Positions 26,273 through 35,639 of a DNA stretch of 44,017 nt are shown one piece after another. The DNA comes from Candidatus Wildermuthbacteria bacterium RIFCSPHIGHO2_02_FULL_45_25 (GTDB taxonomy: Bacteria > Patescibacteriota > Minisyncoccia > Minisyncoccales > UBA10102), in assembly GCA_001823215.1 (NCBI GenBank), contig MHTV01000045.1, positions 1 through 44,017 of the forward strand, written 5' to 3'. The translations under genes and the position numbers were made by a program. The notes under the pieces are model-generated. The model had not been told where the DNA came from. It searched no databases and saw nothing but the letters and a program-made list of their open reading frames with translations. The stretch's first letter is position 1. Every line of letters starts with the position of its first letter.

Positions 26273-27073
26273 TTAAAATTCGATCATCAGACGTTCTAAC
26301 GCCAACCGCGCATTGCTATTTGTCCTTGCAAGAATAGCTGAAACTTCCTGAATCGCTCGCACGGTTTTAAGCATTTTTGAAAGCGAGCTTCCATCCGCTT
26401 TTTCTTTTAGTGTATTCATGAGCGCCGCGCGCGCGGCATACAGCCATTTCTCCAGTTCTACTGAAATTCTTGAAGGATTTTCCGCAAGCTCTTTAGCCAC
26501 AACGAATCTTTCGTGCAAAGAAACCTGCTGTAGCTTCTGAAATTCTTCAAGCGACCGCGCTTGCTCCGGCCGCGCGGTAAAGTTCCAACAAGCCAATTGC
26601 TGCGCGCGGGAACGAATGGTATCTAACAGAACAAATTCATGCTTCGTAAGCAAAAGAAAAAGTACGGGGCCGCGCGGTTCTTCCAAAAGTTTCAAAAACG
26701 CAGACTGCGCCTCCACATTCATTGTATGCGCTTGCTCAACAATCGCAACCTGAAAAGGAGCATTCCACGCCGCCCTACTCAAGGACATCCCTAATTGGCG
26801 AATCTGGCCGATCTTTATTTCCGCCCTCCATTGACTTTCTTCTTCCGTCCCATGGGGAGCAACGCGATACAGATCGGGAAATCGGTTTCCATCAATTGCC
26901 AAACAACTCTCGCATTCTTTGCATGAATTTTCAGAACGTTTGGCGCAATTGATATATCGAACAAATTCCTGCGCGGACTCTTGCACTTTGTTCTCATCAT
27001 TCCCGCATAGAATATATGCGTGTGCCAACCTTTCCTTATCAAAAGCCCTTTTGAGATATTCTAACTCATTCAT
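26273..27073 (-). CDS. holB: DNA polymerase III delta-prime-like clamp loader subunit, compact
   Basis: AHAY, Zn module C..CKECESC, PD, I.I.QIR, A.SAFLKLLEEP and TIRSRA motifs. Confidence 0.82.
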   Translation of the reverse strand: MNELEYLKRAFDKERLAHAYILCGNDENKVQESAQEFVRYINCAKRSENSCKECESCLAIDGNRFPDLYRVAPHGTEEESQWRAEIKIGQIRQLGMSLSRAAWNAPFQVAIVEQAHTMNVEAQSAFLKLLEEPRGPVLFLLLTKHEFVLLDTIRSRAQQLACWNFTARPEQARSLEEFQKLQQVSLHERFVVAKELAENPSRISVELEKWLYAARAALMNTLKEKADGSSLSKMLKTVRAIQEVSAILARTNSNARLALERLMIEF

Positions 27074-27077
27074 CGGC

Positions 27078-28085
27078 TTATTTCTTGCTCATAATGCTTC
27101 TCTTATAGATGTCCAAACTATCCAGCACGATTCCCGCTCCCCTTACCACGCATGTGAGAGGATCTTCCGCGACAAAACATGGCACTCCGATTGACTGGGC
27201 AATCAACTGATCAATATTATGCAATAAAGATCCTCCGCCCGAAAGAATCATTCCTTTATCCATGACATCGGCTGAAAGCTCGGGAGGCGTATCCCGAAGA
27301 AGCGATTTCACCGTAAGCACAATTTCTTCCAGGGGCTCCACAATCGCTTGAGAGATTTCAGATGACGAAATCTTCATCGTGCGCGGTAATCCGTTTATCA
27401 AGTCTCTCCCGCGTATCTCCACAAATTTCTCTTCCCGGTCTGGAATCGCGGTTCCAATTTTGATCTTGATATCCTCCGCAGTTTGTTCGCCAATAGCAAG
27501 ATTATGCTTCTTTTTAATGTACTCTGAAATCGCTTGATCGAATTTGTCTCCTGCTACGCGCAGGGATGTGGCGACAACAATCCCGCCAAGCGAAATCACC
27601 GCCACTTCGGTCGTGCCTCCGCCGATATTCACGATCATGTGCCCCGAAGAAGAGTTAATCGGAATTCCGGCGCCCAGCGCGGCAAGAATGGGTTCCTTGG
27701 CTACATACGCTGCTTTTGCTCCCGCAGAATGAGTCGCTTCAATCACCGCGCGGCGTTCCGTGGATGTAATACCAGCCGGCACCGAAACCAACACTTCCGG
27801 TTTGAGAAATTGATAACGCGGGATAATTTTTTTAAGAAAATATCGAATCATCGCAAGCGTAACCCGAAAATCCGCAATCACCCCTTCTCTCATGGGACGA
27901 TATACGCGAATGGTATCGGGCGTGCGGCCGGTCATTTCTTTTGCTTCCTCCCCTACCGCAAGAATGCGATTGTCAGCTAGTGATACCGCCACTACGGAAG
28001 GTTCATTAAGAACAACACCCTTTTTGGGGATGAATACCAATGAGTTGCACGTTCCAAGATCAATTCCTATTTTTGTGATAAACAT
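27078..28085 (-). CDS. mreB: Rod shape-determining protein MreB/Mbl, paralogue 2
   Basis: IGIDLGT.N, EPSVVA, IGGGTTEVAVISLGG and TPPELSAD motifs. Confidence 0.93.
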   Translation of the reverse strand: MFITKIGIDLGTCNSLVFIPKKGVVLNEPSVVAVSLADNRILAVGEEAKEMTGRTPDTIRVYRPMREGVIADFRVTLAMIRYFLKKIIPRYQFLKPEVLVSVPAGITSTERRAVIEATHSAGAKAAYVAKEPILAALGAGIPINSSSGHMIVNIGGGTTEVAVISLGGIVVATSLRVAGDKFDQAISEYIKKKHNLAIGEQTAEDIKIKIGTAIPDREEKFVEIRGRDLINGLPRTMKISSSEISQAIVEPLEEIVLTVKSLLRDTPPELSADVMDKGMILSGGGSLLHNIDQLIAQSIGVPCFVAEDPLTCVVRGAGIVLDSLDIYKRSIMSKK

Positions 28086-28126
28086 AAATTTTTTGAATTC
28101 AACTAAGGCATTGAATTTGTCCCTTT

Positions 28127-29404
28127 TTAATCAGATATTCTTTGAATATCCGCTCCTAACGCTTGTAGTCGCTCCTCGATATGTTCGTAGCCGCGATCCA
28201 CCTGATAAATGTTGTTGATGGCGCTTCTCCCTTTCGCGATTAACGCCGCCATAATCAGCGCGGCTCCCCCGCGCAAATCGAACGTGCCCAAATCGGTTCC
28301 ATATAGTTTCGCTGGGCCATTGATAATTGCTCGATGCGGATCGGTAAAGTAAATCTCCGCTCCCATTTTATTCAATTCCTCCAAATATCTCAATCTTCCT
28401 TCATACAAAGGATCGTGCAGCAGCGTGGAACCTCTCGACTGCGTTGCCAGCACGCCCAGAACGCTTTGCAAATCAGAATGAATCCCCGGGTAAATAAGAC
28501 TTTGAATCTTATCAATCTTCAATGCCCTGGTAGGACTGACATGCACATCCGCGCTCCCCCGTTTATTTGGAATAATCTCAAGTTGCGCTCCAAAATCTCT
28601 CAATTTTTTCAAAAAAAGTTCCAGAAACCGATATTCCACATTCTTCACCAGCACATCCCCTTTGGCCCCCACCGCCATAGCGATAAATGTGCCTGCTTCA
28701 ATCGGATCTGCCATTAATTGATGCGACGCTCCCGTGAGCTCCTGTTGCCCCTGAATGAGAAATTCGTGGCTTTGAGGAATCGTAATGCGCGATCCCATTT
28801 TTTTCAAAAACTTTACCAGCTCCTGCACTTGGTAATCCTGGTCCGCTATTTTTAGAACAATTTTTTCCGGACACGCGCTCGCATACAATAAAATGTTTTC
28901 AGTCGCCGTAACGGAAAATTCATTGAGAATTACTTCCTGACTTTGGATATGGGCTGGCGCCACAAGTTTGAAGCCGTCTTTGCGAGGAGTAATCTTTACC
29001 CCCAATTGAGCGAATGCGTCCAAATGAGTATCAATGGGACGAGCGCCAATCATGCAACCGCCGGGCTGCGGCAAATTGACCACCCCAAAACGCGCCAATA
29101 GAGGTCCGAACAATAACACTGCTCCACGAAACCGCAGAACAAGTCTTTTATTGATGGTCGCGGGATTCAAGTTGCGTGTATGAATGCTCACAACTCGCTC
29201 CCCTCGCCATTCCACTTGAGTGCCCATACTTTCGAGCAACTCAATCATGCGATACACGTCCTCGACGAGAGGAAGATTTTCAATTACGCAATCTTCTTTC
29301 GTAAGAATTGTGGCAGCCAAAATCGGAAACGCCGCATTTTTTGCGCCCCGAACTTCAATTTCTCCTTTAAGAGGTTTCCCACCATTGATAACAAATCGTT
29401 CCAT
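28127..29404 (-). CDS. murA: UDP-N-acetylglucosamine 1-carboxyvinyltransferase
   Basis: GAKNAA, PGGCMIGARPID.H (catalytic Cys), SVTATEN, DLRGGAAL and DRGYE motifs. Confidence 0.96.
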   Translation of the reverse strand: MERFVINGGKPLKGEIEVRGAKNAAFPILAATILTKEDCVIENLPLVEDVYRMIELLESMGTQVEWRGERVVSIHTRNLNPATINKRLVLRFRGAVLLFGPLLARFGVVNLPQPGGCMIGARPIDTHLDAFAQLGVKITPRKDGFKLVAPAHIQSQEVILNEFSVTATENILLYASACPEKIVLKIADQDYQVQELVKFLKKMGSRITIPQSHEFLIQGQQELTGASHQLMADPIEAGTFIAMAVGAKGDVLVKNVEYRFLELFLKKLRDFGAQLEIIPNKRGSADVHVSPTRALKIDKIQSLIYPGIHSDLQSVLGVLATQSRGSTLLHDPLYEGRLRYLEELNKMGAEIYFTDPHRAIINGPAKLYGTDLGTFDLRGGAALIMAALIAKGRSAINNIYQVDRGYEHIEERLQALGADIQRISD

Positions 29405-29427
29405 TAAAATAGTTTGACAGCACTTGT

Positions 29428-29456
29428 ATTGTACTTGATTTTTCCTATTCTTGCAA
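29428..29456 (-). promoter_or_regulatory. Sigma70-type promoter for murA
   Basis: Minus strand TTGCAA, 17-nt spacer, TACAAT. Confidence 0.55.
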
Positions 29457-29514
29457 ATTCGATGCAGGAAGTAGAGTATCCCCTTTTTTCTGCACAGAGC
29501 CATTACCTTATCTG

Positions 29515-30717
29515 CTATCCAAAATTTCTTTTCCCCAAGAAAAAAGCTGCGATCACCGTACCCCCCACCAGCATTCCAGCTCCCATAAATACAGAGCCGA
29601 ATCCCCAGACTCCTATCATAAGTCCTGCGGCCAAAGAACCGAAAGCCGAAGCCAATGGGGCAAAAATGGTATCCAAAGCGCCCGCCTCTTCAGGATACGC
29701 GAAAAATCGTTTGGACAACAATCCCGATTTTCCTGATCCCACCATCATTCCGCCAGCTCCGTGAAGCAACGTAATAATCAATACGCTTACGAAGTTCAAA
29801 AGAGGAGCAAAAAATACTCCAAATCCCAGCAGAATTGTCGTAAGCGAAAATATACCTCCGCCTTCTCGTATCGCTTGAACGCTGGATTCGCGACCAAGCC
29901 GTTTAATAACCAATAAGGAAAACAAGGCAAATGCAATAGAAGAAATTGTGCCGTACAGAAGAATGCTCTGCTCTTGCCATCCTTCCTCCCGCAGGAATAC
30001 AAAGAAAAATGAGCGATAGATTCCTGTTACAAACAAAGTCGCGAGCGATACAGCCAGCGCGGCAAGCATCATTCGATGAGCCAGACCCTTCCCCATCTCT
30101 TTGAAATTTCCGGCCATCTGACGTATGTTCGTATGATCTTTCAATACTTTCGCTTTCGCGTATAATCTCCACGCCACAAATATCACGTTGAGAACGTGCG
30201 CGATAAGACTCGCCAGAAATACCAAATAAAAATTTCCAAACCAGATAAGCAGCGCTCCAAGGGCAGGAGCAAGAATATCCACATACAAAGAAGATGAGTA
30301 AAACCAACCAAACGAGCGATTTGGATTTTTCAGATGAAAACCCATGAGCATTGCCCTGCTTGAGACAAAATAGCAGGCCGCGGCGATGCCAAGCATTACC
30401 TGCAGCAAAAGAAATATCCAAAAATCCCACGCAAACAGCATGCTCAACGCATAGCACGCGTATCCGGCAATTCCTATGATTGTCAGTAATGCGGGATTGA
30501 TCTTATGATTTAAAAATCCGACAAAGGGAGCCGCCAATGCAATCGGCAAATAAATAAACAGATAGACATATCCGATCTGGGGAACCGAATATCCCTTCTC
30601 GATCAGGAAGAGAGGAAAATAAAAAGAGAACATCCTGTATCCGAACATTAAAAGAAAATGCGAAATTGACGTATCTCGCGTAATTTGATCAATCTGCGGA
30701 AGAATTCGTTGAATCAT
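29515..30717 (-). CDS. Major facilitator superfamily transporter
   Basis: About 12 hydrophobic segments in two halves over roughly 400 aa; F.PLFL...G.S..QIG pattern. Confidence 0.78.
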   Translation of the reverse strand: MIQRILPQIDQITRDTSISHFLLMFGYRMFSFYFPLFLIEKGYSVPQIGYVYLFIYLPIALAAPFVGFLNHKINPALLTIIGIAGYACYALSMLFAWDFWIFLLLQVMLGIAAACYFVSSRAMLMGFHLKNPNRSFGWFYSSSLYVDILAPALGALLIWFGNFYLVFLASLIAHVLNVIFVAWRLYAKAKVLKDHTNIRQMAGNFKEMGKGLAHRMMLAALAVSLATLFVTGIYRSFFFVFLREEGWQEQSILLYGTISSIAFALFSLLVIKRLGRESSVQAIREGGGIFSLTTILLGFGVFFAPLLNFVSVLIITLLHGAGGMMVGSGKSGLLSKRFFAYPEEAGALDTIFAPLASAFGSLAAGLMIGVWGFGSVFMGAGMLVGGTVIAAFFLGKRNFG

Positions 30718-32590
30718 ATCGTATGCGATAAAGCGTATATCCATCTGAAACAAAAACCGTTTCCCATGTTTCGGGTATACTTATTTGGGTAAAATGCTTC
30801 GCCTCCGCAGGGCCTACAAGAACATAATCTGGCTTTGGTTCCAAATCTTCGGGAACTTGTCCGAGATACAACTGCGCGAGAATATTCTGACGCGGAACAT
30901 AATCTAACCCATGACTCCAAATATGACCGGGATACCCCAAAAATTGATATCGCCCGGACAAAGCAACCGCAGTATTATGCAAAGGGGCGGTAACAATGAT
31001 TTCGCCTGGTTTGGTATATTGCCGGATATTTGCCGCCACTTGTATCGCAGGTCTATCCCATTCCACCCATGTTTCATTGGTAGCAAGCGCAAGCCGCCAT
31101 ATATCAAGCCCACCGGAAATACATTGGAATACTATCATCGCCACCGCCCCCATTCGTATTGCCCAATGATATTTTGGCCAAACCATCCATCGCACAAGAA
31201 GCCATGAAACCAAGGGAATGCCAAACAGGAAGAAAAAAATGAGGACTTTGATATTATCCCATGCCCAGGGAGCAAAGACAAAAAGGTTTCCCCCCACGAA
31301 CCAGCCAATACCGGCGAGCGCAAGAATCATCAGAGCGCGCGGCGGCCGGAATAAAAGCCCAACAAGCAAAAGAGGCATAAACAAACCAGTGTTTTTGAAC
31401 CAAAATTTCATAAACGCTTCTCCTCCCTTCGTCCACCCTGGCTCGAAATGGAAAAAAGATTGAGCGGAAAGTTGCTGGGAAGCGTAATAAAGTATTTCTG
31501 GCACGCCCAACGCGAAAGCCGGAATGAAAAAAAACATCCATTCTCTTCTTGGCCGCGCAAGAAAAAAAAGAACAACAACCGGGGCAATGGCAAGCGCGGT
31601 ATGTGCGTGGAAAAGCGGCAGAAGCCCCGCAAGGATACCAGCTCCCGCATAGAAAAATTTGCGGCGCTTGCCATCAGCGGACATCATGAGGAAACAAATT
31701 GCAATGCTTATGGGAAATCCGAACAAGAACGCGCGCTGGGGCAACAACAGCGCCAAAACCGGATTCATGAAATGGTATTGTTCCTTATCGCTGGAAAAAC
31801 CCGCGTAATCTCTCGGAAGATGAGTAACAAACTCGATCACCGGCTCGTCGCTTTGTTTCCAGTCCTGGGCAATACGGGTAAACCCAAGCGTTGCTCCCCC
31901 AAAAAGAAAAAGTGCGATTGCGAGGCACCCTGCTATTTTTGAATACTTCTTTCCCAGTGAACTGACGCTTCCATCGGATACCAGAGCATATACAAAGAAA
32001 AAAAACATCGAAATCAACAGAACCGCGGGAAGAATCATACTCGCTGAAAGCGAAAGACCCAGTCTCATCAATGTAGCGCTCCAAAAATCCGAAAGAAATG
32101 GATAGATAAGTTTTTCTCCGGGATAAATGGGATTTTGCGGCGGGAACTGCTGTCCTTCCTCAAACGCAGTAATATTTGCCGCATGCCAAGCCAAATCTCC
32201 ATACGCATTCAACACGCCGGTGTGCAAAGCTCCCTCTTTCTCAAAGATAAGATTTGAAGAAAGCAGCAAAGCAAAAAGCAGTACGCATACGGAAAGCAAC
32301 AGCCCGACTCGGTCGAGAGATAAGTGTCCCCATGAACGCCATGCATTTGTTTTCCACAGCAGGCCTAATCCCGCCAAACCAAAAAGACAAGCTTGTCCAT
32401 ACATTATGAAAGAAGAAATTCCCAAAAGACCAACCGTAAGAAAAGTGATAGAAATACCAATAACCAAACCAAAAAGCAGACTCGACCACAGAGATCTCAT
32501 TTTTTCCGTTGCAAGACAAAGCATGCGCTCCACGCCAAAACCAAATATCCCATACGCCAATATAATACCTAAAACGGAAATAAGCGCCAT
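30689..32590 (-). CDS. Polytopic membrane protein, possible GT-C glycosyltransferase
   Basis: Many TM helices; external loop GD..WH......F...PPQNP.Y.G..L.YPF and QR motif; soluble C-terminal domain. Confidence 0.6.
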   Translation of the reverse strand: MALISVLGIILAYGIFGFGVERMLCLATEKMRSLWSSLLFGLVIGISITFLTVGLLGISSFIMYGQACLFGLAGLGLLWKTNAWRSWGHLSLDRVGLLLSVCVLLFALLLSSNLIFEKEGALHTGVLNAYGDLAWHAANITAFEEGQQFPPQNPIYPGEKLIYPFLSDFWSATLMRLGLSLSASMILPAVLLISMFFFFVYALVSDGSVSSLGKKYSKIAGCLAIALFLFGGATLGFTRIAQDWKQSDEPVIEFVTHLPRDYAGFSSDKEQYHFMNPVLALLLPQRAFLFGFPISIAICFLMMSADGKRRKFFYAGAGILAGLLPLFHAHTALAIAPVVVLFFLARPRREWMFFFIPAFALGVPEILYYASQQLSAQSFFHFEPGWTKGGEAFMKFWFKNTGLFMPLLLVGLLFRPPRALMILALAGIGWFVGGNLFVFAPWAWDNIKVLIFFFLFGIPLVSWLLVRWMVWPKYHWAIRMGAVAMIVFQCISGGLDIWRLALATNETWVEWDRPAIQVAANIRQYTKPGEIIVTAPLHNTAVALSGRYQFLGYPGHIWSHGLDYVPRQNILAQLYLGQVPEDLEPKPDYVLVGPAEAKHFTQISIPETWETVFVSDGYTLYRIRYDSTNSSAD

Positions 32591-32693
32591 ACATTCATGC
32601 TACAATTCATCGTGAATAAATTTGGATTGCGAAACTCCGTGGAGGGCATACCTTTTGTCCGTCCGCTAACCGGCGGACGAATTGTTCTCCTCA

Positions 32694-32722
32694 TTGAAAA
32701 AATACGCTTTTCCCCCTATACT
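32694..32722 (+). promoter_or_regulatory. Sigma70-type promoter, probably giving a leaderless or near-leaderless transcript
   Basis: TTGAAA, 17-nt spacer, TATACT; ATG follows 8 nt later at 32731. Confidence 0.55.
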
Positions 32723-32730
32723 TTACAGTA

Positions 32731-34140
32731 ATGACCAAGCGTACTCGCACATTGCTTTTTTTCTTTTTGGGATTTCTGTTTCTTTGTTCGACTCCGTTGC
32801 TGATTCTCTACTCGCAAGGATACCGCATTGATTGGAATTCCAGAACGATTGGGCAAATCGGAGCAATCCATTTCCATATTGATCCCGCCCGCGCTGATAT
32901 TCTCATTGACCAGCAACACCGCGATCGAACGTTGCCGTTGGTAAACACCGCATTCATTCAAAATCTTGTCCCTCAAACGTATCATGCGCAAGTTGTGAAG
33001 GAAGGATATCACTCATGGGAAAAAGATTTGGAAGTAACGCCACGGCAAGTTACCGAGGCAAACAATATCCTCCTTTTGCCAAAGAACATCAACTTTAAGG
33101 CGGTTGCCGGAAATGTTATGCAGTGGTGGCAATCGCCCAATCACGCTTATGCCATCGTACAAGAACAATTGCCCAACAACAAGTGGAGATTACTGATTCT
33201 TTCGTACGACAACGAAACGCTCAAACCTTTCTATGACCAAAAATCTTTTACGGAAACCGTGGGAGACATCAAATGGAATATCCAATCCAGCGAATTTCTC
33301 GCACAAATCCAATCGCGCGAACAAACAGCTCTTTATCTTTGGGAAACATCCAAGACGCTTTCCCAAAATTCTTCTCCCGCTCCTCCCCCCGCAAGTCCCA
33401 TTATATCAAGCGCGCAAGATATCAGCCATCTTGACTTTTCTCCCCGAACAAATTCCTTGATTCTTTTACGGTATGAGGAACAGGGCAACGAACTTCTCCA
33501 GATTCAATATGATGCAGGAAAAATCAGCCAAACGGAAATGCTCGCTTCCAATGTCCTTGCGTTCACAGTTTCTGGAACCCATATTCTTTGGATTGATGGC
33601 GAAGGCCGTATATGGGATCAAAACGACCGTGCTCAAACTCCTGAATCCGTGAATATCACTGTTTTTCCCATCGATCCGGAACTCCCTTATCAATTATATT
33701 ATTTTGGCGGAAAGGTTTTTCTCCAGGAAAATCGACGACTTTTTATCTTAAACGACTCCCGCGTTTTTGAAGAATTATTCCCTCTGGTGGATACAATCGC
33801 GCTAAGCCCGGACGGTAAGAAATTAGCGTTTGCGCAAGGATCGGAATCATGGCTGTATTTTCTTTCAGACGAACTCGATCAGCCCAAACATAGCCGCGGC
33901 GAGAAAGTTTTTCTTACCAGATTCAGTCAGCCCATTTCTGATCTTTCATGGCTTAATTCTCACTATCTTATCTTTCGAATATCTGATGAAATTAAAGCCA
34001 TGGAAATTGATACTCGAGACAACATCAATACTGTAACTCTCCTACACTTTATTTCCCCCTCCTTTCGCTTTAATCCGGCAACCAAATTTCTTTCTATCTA
34101 CAGCGAAAAAAAACTTTTTGTAACAGAAAAGCTTTTCTAG
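32731..34140 (+). CDS. Membrane-anchored PEGA-domain protein with a beta-propeller-like C-terminus
   Basis: N-terminal TM + YSQGYR; G.I.....P..A.I.ID...L.P..Y...V.KEGY..W.K (PEGA-like); SPDGKKLA and SPN repeats. Confidence 0.75.
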   Translation: MTKRTRTLLFFFLGFLFLCSTPLLILYSQGYRIDWNSRTIGQIGAIHFHIDPARADILIDQQHRDRTLPLVNTAFIQNLVPQTYHAQVVKEGYHSWEKDLEVTPRQVTEANNILLLPKNINFKAVAGNVMQWWQSPNHAYAIVQEQLPNNKWRLLILSYDNETLKPFYDQKSFTETVGDIKWNIQSSEFLAQIQSREQTALYLWETSKTLSQNSSPAPPPASPIISSAQDISHLDFSPRTNSLILLRYEEQGNELLQIQYDAGKISQTEMLASNVLAFTVSGTHILWIDGEGRIWDQNDRAQTPESVNITVFPIDPELPYQLYYFGGKVFLQENRRLFILNDSRVFEELFPLVDTIALSPDGKKLAFAQGSESWLYFLSDELDQPKHSRGEKVFLTRFSQPISDLSWLNSHYLIFRISDEIKAMEIDTRDNINTVTLLHFISPSFRFNPATKFLSIYSEKKLFVTEKLF

Positions 34141-34155
34141 CTCAATTCACAAATA

Positions 34156-34180
34156 AAAGAACTCCTTTGAGGAGTTCTTT
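34156..34180. terminator. Probable bidirectional terminator
   Basis: AAAGAACTCCT-TTG-AGGAGTTCTTT between convergent ORFs. Confidence 0.7.
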
Positions 34181-34197
34181 GAGTATAAAAATGTAGA

Positions 34198-34398
34198 TTA
34201 TACCTTACCGCGCCTTCGACGGTTACAATAATCCCCACCTCCTAGAATGTGCCAAGGTTGCGGCCCTCTGGAACATACCGTATTCATGCCATGGCCATGC
34301 CCAGCAGATGGCGCCAGTATGGGGTTATGCCAGCCAATGGAACACAACATACGGCCGCGCCGATTCCATACCGATCGAATTGACCTCAAAATTTTCAT
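34198..34398 (-). CDS. Small basic Cys/His-containing hypothetical protein (66 aa)
   Basis: ATG at 34398 is preceded by AAAGGAAAGGTG (SD-like) and an extended -10 TGTTATACT at 34432-34440; a terminator follows the stop. Confidence 0.6.
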   Translation of the reverse strand: MKILRSIRSVWNRRGRMLCSIGWHNPILAPSAGHGHGMNTVCSRGPQPWHILGGGDYCNRRRRGKV

Positions 34399-34514
34399 GC
34401 CATCACCTTTCCTTTGACTGCATCTAACATGAGTATAACAAAAAATCACCTTATCTACCAAAAGGGGAAGCAAAGGCGATTTTTTGTATATTAGATTGTC
34501 TGACTAGATGGGAA

Positions 34515-34925
34515 TTATCTCTTTCTCCACTGCCTAGCTCGTCGAGCGCGTTTCTTCCCAAATTTCTTGCGTTCGCGCATACGAGAGTCTCGCGTCAAAA
34601 ATCCCAATGCTTTCAATTGCGGCCGCAAGCCAGCTTCGATTTTCTCTAAAGCCCTTGCAATCCCCTGCCGAATCGCGGTCGCTTGAGCGTGAAGCCCACC
34701 TCCTTTTACCGCTACCGTTACTTCCATTTCGCGGTCAGGAGAACTTTTCTCTACGGCTTCCGTTGCAATACGCTGATATTCCCGCTCTCCGAAATATTGT
34801 TCCAACGGCTTTTCGTTTACGACAAAAGCTTTTTTCTTTCCTTGCCAAAGCCGCACTCTTGCAATAGCAGTTTTTCTTCTCCCCACGGCTTCCACATATT
34901 GTTCTTTGTTTGGTGTAACAGGCAT
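34515..34925 (-). CDS. rpsI: 30S ribosomal protein S9
   Basis: GRRKTAIARV, V.GGG...Q and LTRDSR..ERKK.G...AR...QW.KR motifs. Confidence 0.97.
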   Translation of the reverse strand: MPVTPNKEQYVEAVGRRKTAIARVRLWQGKKKAFVVNEKPLEQYFGEREYQRIATEAVEKSSPDREMEVTVAVKGGGLHAQATAIRQGIARALEKIEAGLRPQLKALGFLTRDSRMRERKKFGKKRARRARQWRKR

Positions 34926-34928
34926 AGA

Positions 34929-35276
34929 TTATTCAAACCGTAAACGTTTGATCTGCTGATTTCTCAATTTATTTTTTGGGAGCATTCCCATTACCGCTTT
35001 TCGCAACGCTTCTCCGGGAGTTTCTTGCATCATTTTTCCAAGCGTCTTCTCTTTCAACCCTCCTAAATATCCTGAATGATGCCGATACATTTTTTGCGTC
35101 AGTTTTTGTCCGGTTATGCGTATCTGCTTGATATTCGTTACCACCACTTCGTCTCCCATATCCAAATAAGGGACATAATCTGGCCGTTGTCGTCCGCGCA
35201 ATAATTCAGATACTTGCACCGCCAACCGGCCCAAGGGCTTATTTGTCGCATCAATTGTATGGATTTGCTTTTTCAT
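34929..35276 (-). CDS. rplM: 50S ribosomal protein L13, short form
   Basis: IDA....LGRLA, D.GD.VVV.N, HHSGYLGGLK and AV.GMLPKN motifs. Confidence 0.96.
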   Translation of the reverse strand: MKKQIHTIDATNKPLGRLAVQVSELLRGRQRPDYVPYLDMGDEVVVTNIKQIRITGQKLTQKMYRHHSGYLGGLKEKTLGKMMQETPGEALRKAVMGMLPKNKLRNQQIKRLRFE

Positions 35277-35280
35277 ACGT

Positions 35281-35631
35281 TTATTCCACAAATTCAAGAA
35301 TGGCCATTCTCGCTCCATCGGTATTGCGAGGTCCCAATTTCACAACTCGCGTATACCCTCCCGCCCGAGCTTGAAATCGTGGAGTAACTGTTTCTACAAA
35401 TTTCTTCACAATAGGAGAATCAAAATAAACCAAAAGCTCGCGTCTCGCGTGCAAATCGCCTTTCTTCGCTTTTGTAACAAGCTTCTCAACAAACCTGGCA
35501 ACTTCTTTTGCTTTTGCCTCGGTTGTCATGATCTTTTCTTTTTCAATAAGCGCGCGCGCGACCGAAACAATAAGCGCGTTTCGCACCCCTGCTTTTCTTG
35601 AAAATGTTCTTCCCTTGACGCGCTTTTTCAT
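35281..35631 (-). CDS. rplQ: 50S ribosomal protein L17
   Basis: I.TTEAKAKE, R.GGYTR..KLG.R..DGA.MA..E motifs. Confidence 0.97.
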   Translation of the reverse strand: MKKRVKGRTFSRKAGVRNALIVSVARALIEKEKIMTTEAKAKEVARFVEKLVTKAKKGDLHARRELLVYFDSPIVKKFVETVTPRFQARAGGYTRVVKLGPRNTDGARMAILEFVE

Positions 35632-35639
35632 ACGTTATC

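Noticed and set aside
22232..28085. Two mreB paralogues as a novelty
   Set aside because: Multiple MreB/Mbl copies are common, and both look intact and ordinary.
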